Origin: Octopus bimaculoides
Lineage: Eukaryota
Length of the DNA stretch: 64,000 bases
Assembly: GCF_001194135.2 (NCBI RefSeq)
Contig: NC_068984.1
Span: 2,094,790 to 2,158,789, forward strand
Reading direction: 5' to 3'
Within the stretch, counting starts at the first letter, position 1, and every line of letters begins with the position of its first letter. Positions 1 through 12,629 of this stretch are shown here, in pieces. The notes beneath the pieces were generated by a model. The model searched no databases. It saw nothing but the letters and a program-made list of their open reading frames with translations, and was not told the origin of the DNA. The position numbers and the translations under genes are program-made.

Positions 1-17
1 ATATATATATATATATA

Positions 18-108
18 GTAGCAGGCTTAAAAACAAGTACTGGTGTTGATTTATTCTTCAAGGTGGTGCCCCAGCATGGCCGCACTGTAATGACTGAAAC
101 AAGAAATA
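18..108 (+). mobile_element. 3' tail fragment of tRNA-derived SINE (family C, CR1-like tail)
   Basis: GGTGCCCCAGCATGGCCGCA..TGACTGAAACAAG, same tail as 34268-34478 and 16712-16800. Confidence 0.7.
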
Positions 109-189
109 TATATATATATATTACACACTAACTAGTTTCAGCTCGAGAGTTGCGCCCATGCCGGAGCACCATTTTTAGCCCTGCTACGC

Positions 190-568
190 TTTCACTACTT
201 GAAACCTCCTCTAGTATGTGGCATTTGATGGCTGAAGGTGCTTGATGTTGCTGCTCTCATCTGCCTTTCCTGCTGTCTACTCTTCGCTTTCTTCTCAGTC
301 CAATGACAGTATTCAACTCGACCGAATGCCAGCTGGATGTCACGTGAGAAAATTCGTACGGCCTGACTAAGGGAGTCCAGTTGACCGTTGCTAGCTCCAT
401 CGAACTTCACATCGTCCATAAACACCAGGCGGTAGAGTTAGTCTCGTGTTCTTCTGCAACCTGTAACCAGTTTTAAACTTCTTCAAAACCATGGAGAGCG
501 GCAACATACTAACAATAGACAGCAAGGGTGACACGGAATCTCCTTGAAAGATTCCCCACTTGATGTCG
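190..568 (-). mobile_element. R4/Dong-like non-LTR retrotransposon RT fragment (decayed)
   Basis: Minus-strand translation GIFQGDSVSPLL...FMDDVK...QLDSLSQAVRIFSRDI matches the QGDSLSP/YMDDLK RT motifs of R4-clade elements; frameshifted. Confidence 0.75.
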
Positions 569-755
569 CCCGTTCTGCTGTTTGTGTAATTTTCAATGCC
601 AAAGTTTGGTACAAGGTCTTCCAGGATTTTCCAGATGTATATCACTGCATATCTTTCCCTATTTCATTGTAGGGAGAAGAGTTTTAATTCTTTCAGTCGT
701 TCCCAGTAACTGATACGTTGCATTCAGACGATTTTCTTTGTGTAGAACGTAAGCG
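569..755 (-). mobile_element. CR1-like LINE C-terminal fragment
   Basis: YWERLKELKLFSLQ*NRERYAVIYIWKILEDLVPNFGIENY; same family as 62040-62632. Confidence 0.75.
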
Positions 756-971
756 AGCAAGACAAATGAAAAGATACAAAATATAAAGATTAATTACAAA
801 CTCAGTTTCATTGTCACCACTTACGTAATTACTTACGTAAATGTACGCAATTCATCAGTGTGATCGTCATAGCAATATGATTTGCAGACCTATACACGAG
901 AAGTCCACATGAGATTGAACGTGCATATAGTTCTACCGATTACATTTGGGTTTATATTTCAAAAGTCTTCG

Positions 972-997
972 TTTTGGCGCGCCAAAATACCGGAAAT
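972..997. promoter_or_regulatory. Palindromic E2F-type site next to an ETS-like core
   Basis: Perfect 16-bp palindrome TTTTGGCGCGCCAAAA (972-987) followed by ACCGGAAAT. Confidence 0.3.
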
Positions 998-1149
998 AAT
1001 TCTGTAGAAAATATTTCTCTGCAGTGAATTTTGCCGGTTAGAGAACATGGTTATTTAAATTTAAATAATAAGGGTGGAAAATTGAATATTAATTTGATTA
1101 ATATCAATTTACAACCAGTTTAAATTTAAATATGCGTGTGTGTGAGAGA

Positions 1150-2665
1150 GAGAGAAAGAGTTGTCCCCCAGGATGATCGAAATCCACATTGTGATTCGGG
1201 TAGGGCTTCCTCTGCGATGATTTGGAGACGATCCAGAAGGAGTCTTGCAAAGATTTTTCCTACAACGGGGAGCAATGCGATACCACGATAGTTCCCACAG
1301 ATCTTCCTTTTTTTTTTTGAAGATGGTGATAATTGACAGTATCTTTGAAGTCTTTGGGAACATGGCAGTTCTTCCACATTCAGAGAATCAATGTGAACAG
1401 ATTGGTGTTTAATACTTGTCCGCCATGTTTTAGAAGTTCCACTGGGATGTTTTCTGGGCCAGAGAACTTCCGTTGCTTCATACAGTTGAGGGGAATATGG
1501 TACTCAACGTAGGATGGTGATGTGTTCATCCAATATCGAGTTGGATGCATGGGTACGGTCTTCAAGAAATCTTCCGCTACGTTGGAGTCTTTGGTTCAGA
1601 AGACTCGAGAAGTGTTCTCTCCAGCGTTGAAGGATATCTTGTGGGTCAGTCAGGATGGTGTTGGAATCTACTGGTTGAAGAGACTCCGTTGATGATCTCA
1701 CAAGCCCCAAAAGTTCCTTCTTTCCTGCGTAGAAGTGTCTGAGATCAAAGACACTTGGAGTTCAACGGCTTTTTGTTGCCACCAGTTGTTCTGCATCTCT
1801 CTCAACTTTGTTTTGGCATTGTCTCTCGAAGTCTTGATGTCTCACTTTTTTGTGCAGCGATCTGAGATCTTGCTCATGAATGAGGCGGGATTGCCGCTTT
1901 GCATCGATAAGCTGGCTGATTTCTTGATCATTGTCATCAGACCATTCCTGATGTTTTCTTTTGCTGTACCGGAGTGTGTTTTCAGCCATTTCAGTGATTG
2001 TTTTTCGAAGTATGCTCCATTCCTTATCCATCTCCTGATTGTCAGATGGGATAGATTGAAGGTGCTTGAGAATGGAAGATACATAAAGGGAGCTGATGTT
2101 AAGCTTCAATATATCAAATTTTCTTCAGACTGGTTTTGTTTTTCCAGTCTTTGGTTAACCATTATTTGGTTAACCATTTCTAGTCTTTGGTTAACCATTA
2201 TTCAAAGGCGGGTGGTGACTAGACGATGGTCTGTCCAGTAATCGTTAGTGCTGATAGCTGTTCACGTGATGAGGACGTTTGTTTTATCTCGTTGCCGGTT
2301 GATGGTGTAGTCCAGGAGGTGCCAGTGTTTCGACATGAGGTGCTTCCAGGTGGTCTTGAAGCGATTTGGGAGTCGAAATTTGGTGTTGGCGATGAAGTAA
2401 GAGTGTTCAGCGCACAGCCCAAGGAGCAAGAGTCGATTTTCATTGCAGTTTCCGACTCCTTCTTTGTTAATAACATTCTCCTATAGCCTGTTGTTTCTCC
2501 CAACTCTTGCGTTGAAATCCCCAAGGAGAAGGAGCTTGTCATTTGGTGGTGCATTAAGGATCAGGTCACTCAGCTGTTGGTAGGTGTCTTTTTTACATTG
2601 CCTTTGACATCAAGTGTAGGCGCGTAAGCAGAGATCAGTGTCAAAAAGGAAAATGTCAGAAAAGA
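1150..2665 (-). mobile_element. RTE-clade LINE remnant (AP endonuclease to start of RT)
   Basis: Motifs ISAYAPT, GDFNARVG, KHWHLLDY, SGPENIPVELLKHGG, NYRGIALLPVVGKIFARLLLDRL...ESQCGFR across several broken frames. Confidence 0.9.
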
Positions 2666-2672
2666 GCAGGCT

Positions 2673-2746
2673 GGTTTGCTGGTGTAATCAGTAACACAGT
2701 TAGTCGCGTTAACAAAGGGATGTGGGTTCGAGTCCCACGCGTACGG
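2673..2746 (+). pseudogene. tRNA-like cloverleaf (tRNA pseudogene or SINE head)
   Basis: A-box-like TGGTGTAATCAG, D stem GTGT/ACAC, T arm GTGGG-TTCGAGT-CCCAC with B box, acceptor 5/7 paired, T-run at 2757-2763. Confidence 0.5.
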
Positions 2747-2902
2747 GAAAGCCTACTTTTTTTCTGTCGAAGGCTTATATGCCCCATTATTAGATTATTT
2801 TCCTTAGTCATTTGCACGGCGATCGCTTTAAGCTTATAAAAAATACCATTATTATTATTTATAGAATTGTAAAACTCGACGCCGCTTAACAAAACCAAGA
2901 TG

Positions 2903-2954
2903 ACACGCAGTGGGACTGAACCCGGAACCATGTGGTTAGGAAGCAAGCTTCTTA
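2903..2954 (-). mobile_element. SINE family C head fragment
   Basis: RC of AAGCTTGCTTCC.AACCACATGGTTCCGGGTTCAGTCCCACTGCGTG. Confidence 0.7.
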
Positions 2955-3648
2955 AATTGGTTCATAATTGATACCAGCTTTCACTGGAATCGAACCTGAA
3001 ATATTGAAGTAGCAAACTAGTTTCTTGTAAAAGATACATATCAGCTCTTTACTATTTTAAAAACCGACGTTCACCGGACGTCACCGTACGTTCAACATTT
3101 TTTAATTATATCGTTTTGAAGCTTCTTTACCTTAAAGAACAATTGTAGCTACAACCTCATTCCATCAAGTGTGTGTATTATATATTTATTTTGTGTGTAC
3201 GTAAGTGTGTGTGTATGTGTGTGTGTGTTATTTATGCGGACTTCCGGTGGAGAACTGATCCATTGTAGTGACCTCTCGTCGGATTAAGCTTTGTTCGTTT
3301 AAACCGAACTCTGTTATTCAAGCATAACCGACAGACTTGCGGTTCATTAGAGTATTATTAATGGAGAGAGGAGAGGGAAGAGGGAGGAGGATAGAAGAAG
3401 AGGGAGAGGAAGAAGAAGAAGAAATGGTGGACGAGTAGGGAGATGAAATGCTTCAAATGATGACAAAAGTGTTTACTTGAGCAACATTAAACGCCAAAAC
3501 ACACACACACACACACACGTGTGTGTGTGTGTGTGGTCAACGTGCTGACTTAACCGGACACACATAATACATGCGTGTATATATATATATATATATATAT
3601 ACAAACACACACACATATAAATATATGTATATATATATNNNNNNNNNN

Positions 3649-3719
<71 letters not shown>

Positions 3720-3839
3720 AACACACACACATATATAAATATATGTAGATATATACACACAAACATATATACATACACACACATATATATGTACACTATA
3801 CATGAATGCGTGTATGTGTGTATACATGTATGTGCATGT

Positions 3840-3925
3840 AGCAGTCTGGTAAGAAGTTTGCTTTCCAACCTCATGGTTCCGGGTTCAGTCCCACGTAGTG
3901 GTACCTTGATCAAGTGGCTTCTGAT
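3840..3925 (+). mobile_element. SINE family C head
   Basis: TGGTAAGAAGTTTGCTTTCCAACCTCATGGTTCCGGGTTCAGTCCCACGTAGTGG. Confidence 0.7.
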
Positions 3926-3935
3926 ATGGCTTCGC

Positions 3936-4162
3936 TCATGCATACCAGCCTCCCCTCTCCACACCACTAATGTTATCCAATGGAAAGGCAAACGCCGATA
4001 CAGCTTGGCACATCACAACTCATTTCTACAGCTGAGTGAACCGGAGCAACGTGAAATAAAGCGTCTTGCTCAAGAACACAACACACAGCCCAGTCTGAGA
4101 ATCGAACTAACTACCTCATGATTGCGAGCCCTATGTTCTAACCATTGAGCCATGCACCTTTT
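3936..4162 (-). mobile_element. tRNA-derived SINE family B
   Basis: RC of head GCATGGCTCAATGGTTAG..GTTCGATT and central TGTGTTCTTGAGCAAGAC; homologous to 8870-9180 and 49143-49490. Confidence 0.75.
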
Positions 4163-5639
4163 TNNNNNNNNNNNNNNNNNNNNNNNNNNNNNNNNNNNNN
4201 NNNNNNNNNNNNNNNNNNNNNNNNNNNNNNNNNNNNNNNNNNNNNNNNNNNNNNNNNNNNNNNNNNNNNNNNNNNNNNNNNNNNNNNNNNNNNNNNNNNN
4301 NNNNNNNNNNNNNNNNNNNNNNNNNNNNNNNNNNNNNNNNNNNNNNNNNNNNNNNNNNNNNNNNNNNNNNNNNNNNNNNNNNNNNNNNNNNNNNNNNNNN
4401 NNNNNNNNNNNNNNNNNNNNNNNNNNNNNNNNNNNNNNNNNNNNNNNNNNNNNNNNNNNNNNNNNNNNNNNNNNNNNNNNNNNNNNNNNNNNNNNNNNNN
4501 NNNNNNNNNNNNNNNNNNNNNNNNNNNNNNNNNNNNNNNNNNNNNNNNNNNNNNNNNNNNNNNNNNNNNNNNNNNNNNNNNNNNNNNNNNNNNNNNNNNN
4601 NNNNNNNNNNNNNNNNNNNNNNNNNNNNNNNNNNNNNNNNNNNNNNNNNNNNNNNNNNNNNNNNNNNNNNNNNNNNNNNNNNNNNNNNNNNNNNNNNNNN
4701 NNNNNNNNNNNNNNNNNNNNNNNNNNNNNNNNNNNNNNNNNNNNNNNNNNNNNNNNNNNNATATATATATAAATGTACATTCATATTTATGTCGTTTGTG
4801 CCGTTAGATGTACGACTCCCACTGTACGAGTAAGAGCTCCACGTAGATTATCATTCTCCAGTCAGCTTCCACTATGATCATTAGTCGGCCACGGTACTTA
4901 GCAATGTTATTTGTTATGGTGTTGAGAGCATATGTCGTGGAAAATTAGAATAAACTGCAGTATAACTATTTAGTTCCTGCGTACGCTCCACCATTGCATT
5001 TATTTGGAATGCATCACTAGATGTTCCAAGTGCATTTGGATATCTAATCGCAATGGATCATCCGGGGAACATCTTTATTGCATTCTGTAACAGATCTGAT
5101 ACAGAGATATTAGGTCTCTGTAACAGAATACTAGAAAGTTGTAAAAATATGTTGCCTTCAAAATAGACTTATTGAGCATCAAATCATATTTAAGCCATTT
5201 TTTGTGTCTAATTAAAAGCAATTTCTAATTTAGGTACAAATCTAATGACTTGGTAGACGTGGTTAATCGATTAAACAGGCCCTAATAAATAACTGGTATT
5301 TCATTGAAAAATAAATCTTTGGTGTTGGCGGGATTTGAAAATAGAGCGTGAGAAAAAAAAGGAGCAAACACAGAATGAGTTTTTATCCAATGAGCCGGAC
5401 AGTGAGTGCAACCCAAGGCTCTGCCGCTCATAATAACATTGGTATTAATACAGTTATTTTATAAGAAAGGGAAATATCTCTAACCCCTAAAGTTCTGTAA
5501 ATACGTTTTTATCTATAAATATACGTTTAATATTTATAAAACATTTAATATTTATCTTTAAATATACGTTTATATTTATATAATATTTCGATATTAATTA
5601 TTTTATAAATATTAAACGTATATTGGGCTAGTATTGGTT

Positions 5640-5870
5640 GTGGAAGAGAATTGGTGCACCACAAATTGAGCAGAATACTGGAGTTATCATCCTTTGGAAT
5701 TTCAGCGTTCAACCTGATCGGGAAATTCAGGTGAACCGACCAGATGTCCTTGTGAGAAATCATGTTGAAAAGACATGTCTTTTGATAGCTGTGGCAGCCA
5801 TAAAAGAAAAACAACTTCCGTTCTGCTCGGCGAAAGGAGGAAATGGATAACATTGTAAAAGTGTTCATAA
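5640..5870 (+). mobile_element. R4/Dong-like restriction-like endonuclease fragment
   Basis: ILWNFSVQPDREIQVNRPDVLVRNHVEKTCLLI matches the ILWDF.IQTD..I.ANRPD RLE motif. Confidence 0.75.
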
Positions 5871-6505
5871 GTTATTTTCTTATCGGCTGAGATAACAAAG
5901 GATGCCTAAAAGTGCAATGATTTGAAGAATAGTGATTGGTCGTAATCGAATCTTCTGACCGGGTACTATTCTGAACACGTTAGTTTCATATAATTTATAT
6001 ATTTTAAAATCAAAAATAATTTTTTATATATAAAAATAAGCCAGGGCTGGACGAAACATTGCTTCGGGTTGTATGTTTGATACCTCTACGCTGTAGAACA
6101 ATAATTACTAGGCGAGTTTCAAGTAGCAATTATTGTTCTATGGATCAGAGGTATCAAAAAAGATCTAGGAAATATCCTAAAAAAATTTCACTGACTGACA
6201 AGATAAGAACAAAAATCTATGAAGTAAATATGGTGGTTTATTTTTCAAAAATTTTTTTTTCTGGATAACGTATCTTCTTAAATATGTTTGATGTGTATTT
6301 TATTGGTTTCCGTGGGTATGGGAAATTCCAGGAACGCCCAGATTTGGCTACGCTACTGCGTACACTCACGCACACACAGACACACACACATACACGCCTT
6401 GCTGTCTACATTTCTGTATGTATACACTTCTGTATGTCTATATATTTCTTTAAATATATATGTACATTTTTATAGTTATGTATGTATATGTGTATGTAAG
6501 TAAGT

Positions 6506-6558
<53 letters not shown>

Positions 6559-6981
6559 GTGTGTGTGTGTGCGTGCGTGTGTGTGTGTGTGTGATGCTCA
6601 TGTTTAGTCTCCCCCAGCTACTCGGTGTTTATTTATTCATTAGTCAATGTACCCGGCTAGTCATTCGGCTGCAAGAACGGCGTTGTTATGGGTTACGAAG
6701 AGCGTCTTGATTAACTCAACTCATTGTCGATGAAAAGCAAAGTAATGTGGCCTTTTTTTACCTCCTCCTCTTCTTTTTTCTCTTCCTCTTATGTCTGACT
6801 GTTTCACGCTTTAATAAACATCGTCAGATTGTTCACATACCGTGTCCAACTGAGAAAAAAGTTGCAAGGTTTAAAGAGCAACAGACTTCTCTCCACCCCC
6901 TCTCTCTCTCTCTCTTTCTCTCTCTCGTCATTTCATCAACAGACAGTTTCACAGTAAGGAGAGACACCTAAACAGCTGGAT

Positions 6982-7022
<41 letters not shown>

Positions 7023-7324
7023 ACATATACAGATATCAACATTTGTATTGTTGTTGTTGCTGCTGCTGCTGTTTAACCCGAGGTCAAGCAATGATCAAAG
7101 CTATGCCTACCCCCAACCATCCGGTCCTTTTTAATGCCATGGGTGAAGAGCACATTATCTAATGAGTCCTTTCCTTATTTAAGATGGCAGAGTGTGATTT
7201 TGGAGAGATTTGGTTTCTTTTTCTAGCAGGTCGATCGACCACGTTATGGCATGCATATTGACTCCTGTATGTGTATGTGTGCGCATATGTATGGATATAG
7301 ATGTGTGTATGTCTGTGTATAGTG

Positions 7325-7500
7325 GTTGTTGCGTGAAGGCATACGTTGCCGGATGGTTAAAAAGTTTGCAAACCTTAAGATATTAGGTTCGACTCCACAA
7401 CGCATCAACTTGATCACATGTCTTCCCTTAAATCCTTCGGTCAACTCAAAATTTGCGAGGACTGAAATTGGCTTGATGGAAACTGTGCAGAAGCCCATCA
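7325..7500 (+). mobile_element. Diverged SINE (family C-like)
   Basis: Degenerate head GGTTAAAAAGTTTGC..GGTTCGACTCC and end GGAAACTGTGCAGAAGCCC. Confidence 0.5.
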
Positions 7501-8279
7501 GTAATTCAAAGATCCGGCATTGTTACACTCTTTGTCACACTGATTATATCCGAGAATTACGTTTTACAAGAATCCCTAATAATCTTCTATCGAGTCCCTA
7601 ATCGTCTTAACAAATTTCCTCAACATCTTATAACAAAATCCCGAATCAAATCATCGCCATCACCTTAATTATGTTTTCAAAACTTCATAACATTAATAGA
7701 TTTTTAATCATGTCCATCAGCTTTGTCACAGGATCCCCGTCCCTCGTTCTAACCACAACTGAATGCAGCAGTCCGTCGTTTAGAAGCCATCACAACCAAG
7801 TACTTCACTGAAGAGGCCGGGTATTATTTAATGTGATGGAGATATCACATTAAACCAGTTTGGGTAGAAATCAGTAGAGGTAGTTGGGGAGGTAATGTCC
7901 GAGGTGTGGAGTTGACTGTATTTGTTGCAAAGCACTGTCTCTACTCTTGGTTTCCAGGTGATGTGAGGTGAATCAAGTAACAAATATAAACTTAAAATTG
8001 ATTCTCTGTGATTAATTTCTCTTGTGCCAACTCAGCAAATCTCTTTGAAATAAGAAAATGCGATAAATTATATCAGTAAAAACCAGATATTTCAATGAAG
8101 TCGGTTATATTCCAGTCAATTACCGGCTAAATTCTTGCTGTTCTACTCAATACGTTTATTGAATATCCGTTTCTCTAAGTTCCAGTCCAATACTACTTAT
8201 TCACCCCACCCCGTCATAAACTGACCACGCCCATTCTCTAATCTTTTTCTGTTTTTTTTTTCTAAAGGTTGTTTTGGAT

Positions 8280-8475
8280 TAGCAGAATCATAAGAGAATC
8301 GATCAAAATGACTTTCGGTATTTACTCTGCGTTCTAATATTAGATGCCGCCGAGGTCTTCTTTATCTTTAATTCTTCTGGTGTCAATAAAGTAAAATATC
8401 AGTCAAGTACGTGGGTCTCTATAATCAACTGTTCCCTCTCCACCCCACAGAAGTTTTGGTCATGTATCTATACAA
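8280..8475 (+). mobile_element. Diverged SINE family A
   Basis: GCAGAATC..GCCGCCGAGGTC..GGTGTCAATAAAGTAAAATATCAG degenerate match to family A. Confidence 0.45.
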
Positions 8476-8869
8476 GAAATTATAATTCTTGTAAAAAATA
8501 ATTATTTGTGACAAAAACAATTCTGATACCAAAGAGCAATCTTCATATCCGACTTAGCGTGAATGTTTTGTTAGAACACCGAACGCTAGATAAGCGCCGT
8601 GTTATATATTTATAATACTTCCTGTCCATTTTCACACCGACGGGGCAGCAGAGCAGCTAACTCGATCGTGATTGTGAAAACTAATGGATTTTCAAGGACT
8701 GGCTACAGAGTATATTTGTCAATTCTTACTTTAATTTGTTCCTATGTAAGTCTGGGCATGAATTCTGTGCAGTTAAAACCAGCCATTTCTTGCTGTTTAT
8801 ATCCCAAAACGTTGCCGTCATTGTGGGTATTAACCCTGATTTTCTTCATCTCTGTGGAAACATGCGATG

Positions 8870-9180
8870 TGATGGTGCATGGCTCAGTGGTTAAAGAGTC
8901 GGGCTCACAATCATGAGGTAGAGTTCGATTCCCAGACCAGGTTGTGTGTTGTGTTCTTGAGCAAGACACTGTATTTTACTTCGCTCCAGTTCACGCAGCT
9001 GTAGAAATGAGCTGTGACGTCACTGGTACCAAGCTGTATCGGTCCCTTTGCCTTTCCCTTGGATAAAATCAGTGGTATGGAGAGGAGAGGCTGGTGTGCA
9101 TGGGAGACTGCTAGTCTCCTGTACATAAACTTGTCTGGACTTGTGCTTCGGAAGGGGAACTTTCTAGGTGCAATCTAGGG
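8870..9180 (+). mobile_element. tRNA-derived SINE family B, near full length
   Basis: A box TGGCTCAGTGG, B box GAGTTCGATTCC, central TGTGTTCTTGAGCAAGACAC. Confidence 0.85.
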
Positions 9181-9703
9181 GTTCTTTACTTTGCGGAGTC
9201 TTGCAGAATATTGGCCTGGGACAAATTGTATGCCATTTCGTTTCTTTAACGTATTTTGGAATTCCATTTGTAATTAAAACGTTTCATCTTTCTCAAATCA
9301 GTCAATTAGATATATTTAATTAGACATATCTAATTGGACGGTGAATAAATTCAGCATTGTTTGAATGCGCGATTGTAATTAAACGAAAAAAAGTGACGCA
9401 GTTGTTAGCTGGATACAGTGTTGGTCTTCACATGTGCATCCATTTATGGAGACATAAAAAGAAGCGGCGTTAAAATGGCTACATAAAAAATACTATAAAT
9501 TCAACAACATAAATGGCTGATTTGGACTACAACAATGGCAACAAAATCTAGAGTTAATATCACCACAGTAGGGAGACATTTCATTCAGTCTGGAAGACAC
9601 TTGTCTAAGGTGCCACGTATTGATATCGAACTCGGAAACGTCTCAAGTACATGGCCATTCTTATAGAACTGTGTAATAAATTCGCTGTCAATTTTCTTCT
9701 TAG

Positions 9704-9867
9704 ATAAATCTCCCTACATGTATTATGTCTTCTACATTCCGCATGAACAACAAAACCTCCAACAAGAACAACAACAACAACAACGACAGCAGCAGCAACA
9801 TCAACAAGAACAACAGCAACAAAACGGCAAACCTATCGACCACCAGCATTTAGTCTGGGTTTTCCAG
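9704..9867 (+). other. Possible exon encoding a polyQ tract (unsupported by homology)
   Basis: TTTTCTTCTTAG acceptor, open frame KSPYMYYVFYIPHEQQNLQQEQQQ...WVFQ, CAG/GTAAAT donor. Confidence 0.2.
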
Positions 9868-10341
9868 GTAAATGAAGTTTATCGCTTAATGTTCCCATGC
9901 TTTCAAGCAGAACAACTATCTCTTTATTCATTGGTGGTGGAGGCGGCGGTGGTGGCGGTGGCGGCAGCAGCGACCATGGCAGTGGCGGTGAGGGAGGCGG
10001 CAGCGGCCGCGATGGATGGGTGCGTGCTTACCTGAATGTTTCTAATTTACTTACTAGTTAAGGTTTGCGTTCCATTCTAAAGTGATATATCATGAAACAA
10101 TAGTAGTAGTGGTAGTAGTAATTTTTTGTTTTGTATTAGCCAAAAGGGTAGTAGGAGATAAAAAAAAATAGAAACAGGGGTGGATGCTTACAAAAATATG
10201 TGGTGGGGGAGTGAAGAAATGACAAAGGGATGAGGCTGGGGTGGGGGAGGAGCGAAAGACATTGCATAATTCAATTACAACGAATCAAAAACTTAAGAAG
10301 TAGAAAAATTACGCGGAAATAAATATTAAAGAGAATGGTAA

Positions 10342-10355
10342 TGATGATGATGATG

Positions 10356-10447
<92 letters not shown>
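10342..10447. repeat. (AAT)n microsatellite
   Basis: Pure AAT array. Confidence 0.95.
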
Positions 10448-10448
<1 letters not shown>

Positions 10449-10449
<1 letters not shown>

Positions 10450-10809
10450 GAGCACTCAGAGAGCGCAAACCTCTGCCAAGGCAACACTGTCTTCTCAACG
10501 ATTAGCCAGAGATGATTTTTAAAATGAGAATATCTGAAATAAACTCGATTGCTCTCACAAACGAGAATACTGAAAATGAACCCGACTGCTCTCAAAAATT
10601 AAGTAAAAAAACAGGAAACATAATCCAGAATCCTTGTCCGGCACCGAATCGATCTCAAAATCTAATCAGTTCGTGCCTGTCACGAGGCCAAACATCCCTG
10701 ATAGTTTCATCCGAATCCATCCAGCAGTTCTTGAGATTATCTTGTCCACGGACAAACAAACAAACACGACTAAAAACAATACCTCCGCCTTCGCTAAGGC
10801 GGAGGTAAT
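10449..10809 (-). mobile_element. Complete non-autonomous Helentron-associated (HINE/DINE-like) element
   Basis: 5' TTACCTCCGCC..GGCGGAGGT palindrome, (GTTT)n, 3' subterminal IR CCTTGGCAGAGG and terminal hairpin GCGCTC-TCT-GAGTGC; sits in an AAT tract. Confidence 0.7.
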
Positions 10810-10869
10810 AATTCTAAACATGATATTTCTCTTCTCTTTTATTTCAAGTATTTTACTCGTTTCAATCAC

Positions 10870-11146
10870 AAGGGGCACCTCCTTGAAAACTTTTTAGTCG
10901 AACGAATCGACCCCATTACTTATTTTTTTTTAAGCCTGGTACTTATTCCATCGGTCTTTTTGCCGAACCGCTAAGTTATGGTGAGGTAAACTCACCAACA
11001 CTTGTTAATAGGTAGGCCGGGGTGGGTTAACAAACACAGACACACTTGCATACGACAGGCTTTCAGTTTCCGGCTACTAAATCCTCTCAGAAGACTTTGG
11101 TTGGTCCGAGGCTATAGTAAAAGACACTTGCCCAAGGTGCCACGCA
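10870..11146 (-). mobile_element. SINE family C (central region and tail)
   Basis: RC of GCGTGGCACCTTGGGCAAGTGTCTT..CTTAGCGGTTCGGCAAAAAGACCGATGGAATAAGTACCAGGCTT. Confidence 0.75.
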
Positions 11147-11149
11147 AGA

Positions 11150-11662
<513 letters not shown>

Positions 11663-11949
11663 TGCCTTAGACTTGCGCAAAACTACTACAAGTTGTGGCG
11701 ACACGATCAGGTAGCGAAAGTGGGGGCTAGAGAGAGGCAAGACGTAGAATGAACACAAACCGTAGAGATAGCCGAAAAGAACGACTAGTACGGTAGCGTA
11801 GGCTTCAGGTAGCAAGACTGCTACGCATGTAAGACTCCGGGAGCTCCAACAAAACCTGTGATAAAGAGAAGTAATCATAATTTTGTTCTAGATGTCGGGA
11901 AGACACTCGGTAAGAAATGGAAGCAAAACTGAAGGAAGAAGAAAAACTC

Positions 11950-12350
11950 ATAATAACAATAATCCTTTCTGCTATAGGCACAAGGCCTGAAATCTTGTGG
12001 AAGTAAGGGTAGTAGACTATATCACCCCAGTGCATGACTGGTACTCATTTTATCAAGCATGAAAGGATGAAAGGTAACGTCAACCTCAGCAGAATTTGAA
12101 CTTTGTACGTGGAGACAGACAAACTGGTGCTAACTATCCTCCCAATTCACCGCCTTAATAATAATGGTTTCAAATTTTGGCACCAAGCCATCAATTTCGG
12201 GGCACACAGTAAGTCGATATTCTCGACCCCCAGTGCTTGACTGGTATTTATTTTATCGATCTCGAAAGGATCGGCGGAATTTGAACTCAGAACGTAGCGA
12301 CGGACGAAATACCACTAAACATTTTGTTCGGTGCGCTAACAATTCTGCTG
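11950..12350 (-). mobile_element. Two tandem SINE family A copies
   Basis: Repeated CTGGTACT..TTTATCGA..GAAAGGAT..CTCGGCGGAATTTGAACTCAGAACGT. Confidence 0.8.
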
Positions 12351-12394
12351 CCTTAATAACAATAACAATAATAATAATAATAATAATAACGTAA

Positions 12395-12625
12395 AATATC
12401 CTACGTAAAATACTGTCTATGTGATCTCAAATTTTAAAACAAACTCATAATTTTCTTATGGTTTCTTAAACATTCTCTAGAACAACACTATGTACAAATC
12501 CAAATATATGGTACCCTAGGCATAACACCTACATGAACTTCTAACTTGTTGTCTCTTGAGGTCTCTGGGTGAGACTTGGATCCAACTTGTACAAATGCAA
12601 AACAAAAGTCAAACATAAATTAATA
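12395..12625 (+). mobile_element. Second copy of the R4/Dong-like 3' UTR, flanked by (AAT)n
   Basis: Aligns with 11350-11550 (TTCTTAAACATTCTCTAGAACAA..CCCTAGGCATAACACC). Confidence 0.75.
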
Positions 12626-12629
12626 ATAA

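Noticed and set aside
820-885. Minus-strand CTGATGA with a 6-bp stem
   Set aside because: GAAA is replaced by GTAA and there is no cleavage triplet; explained by a CTTACGTAA duplication.
6335-6360. hAT-like TIR CAGTAGCGTAGCC
   Set aside because: No matching opposite end found.
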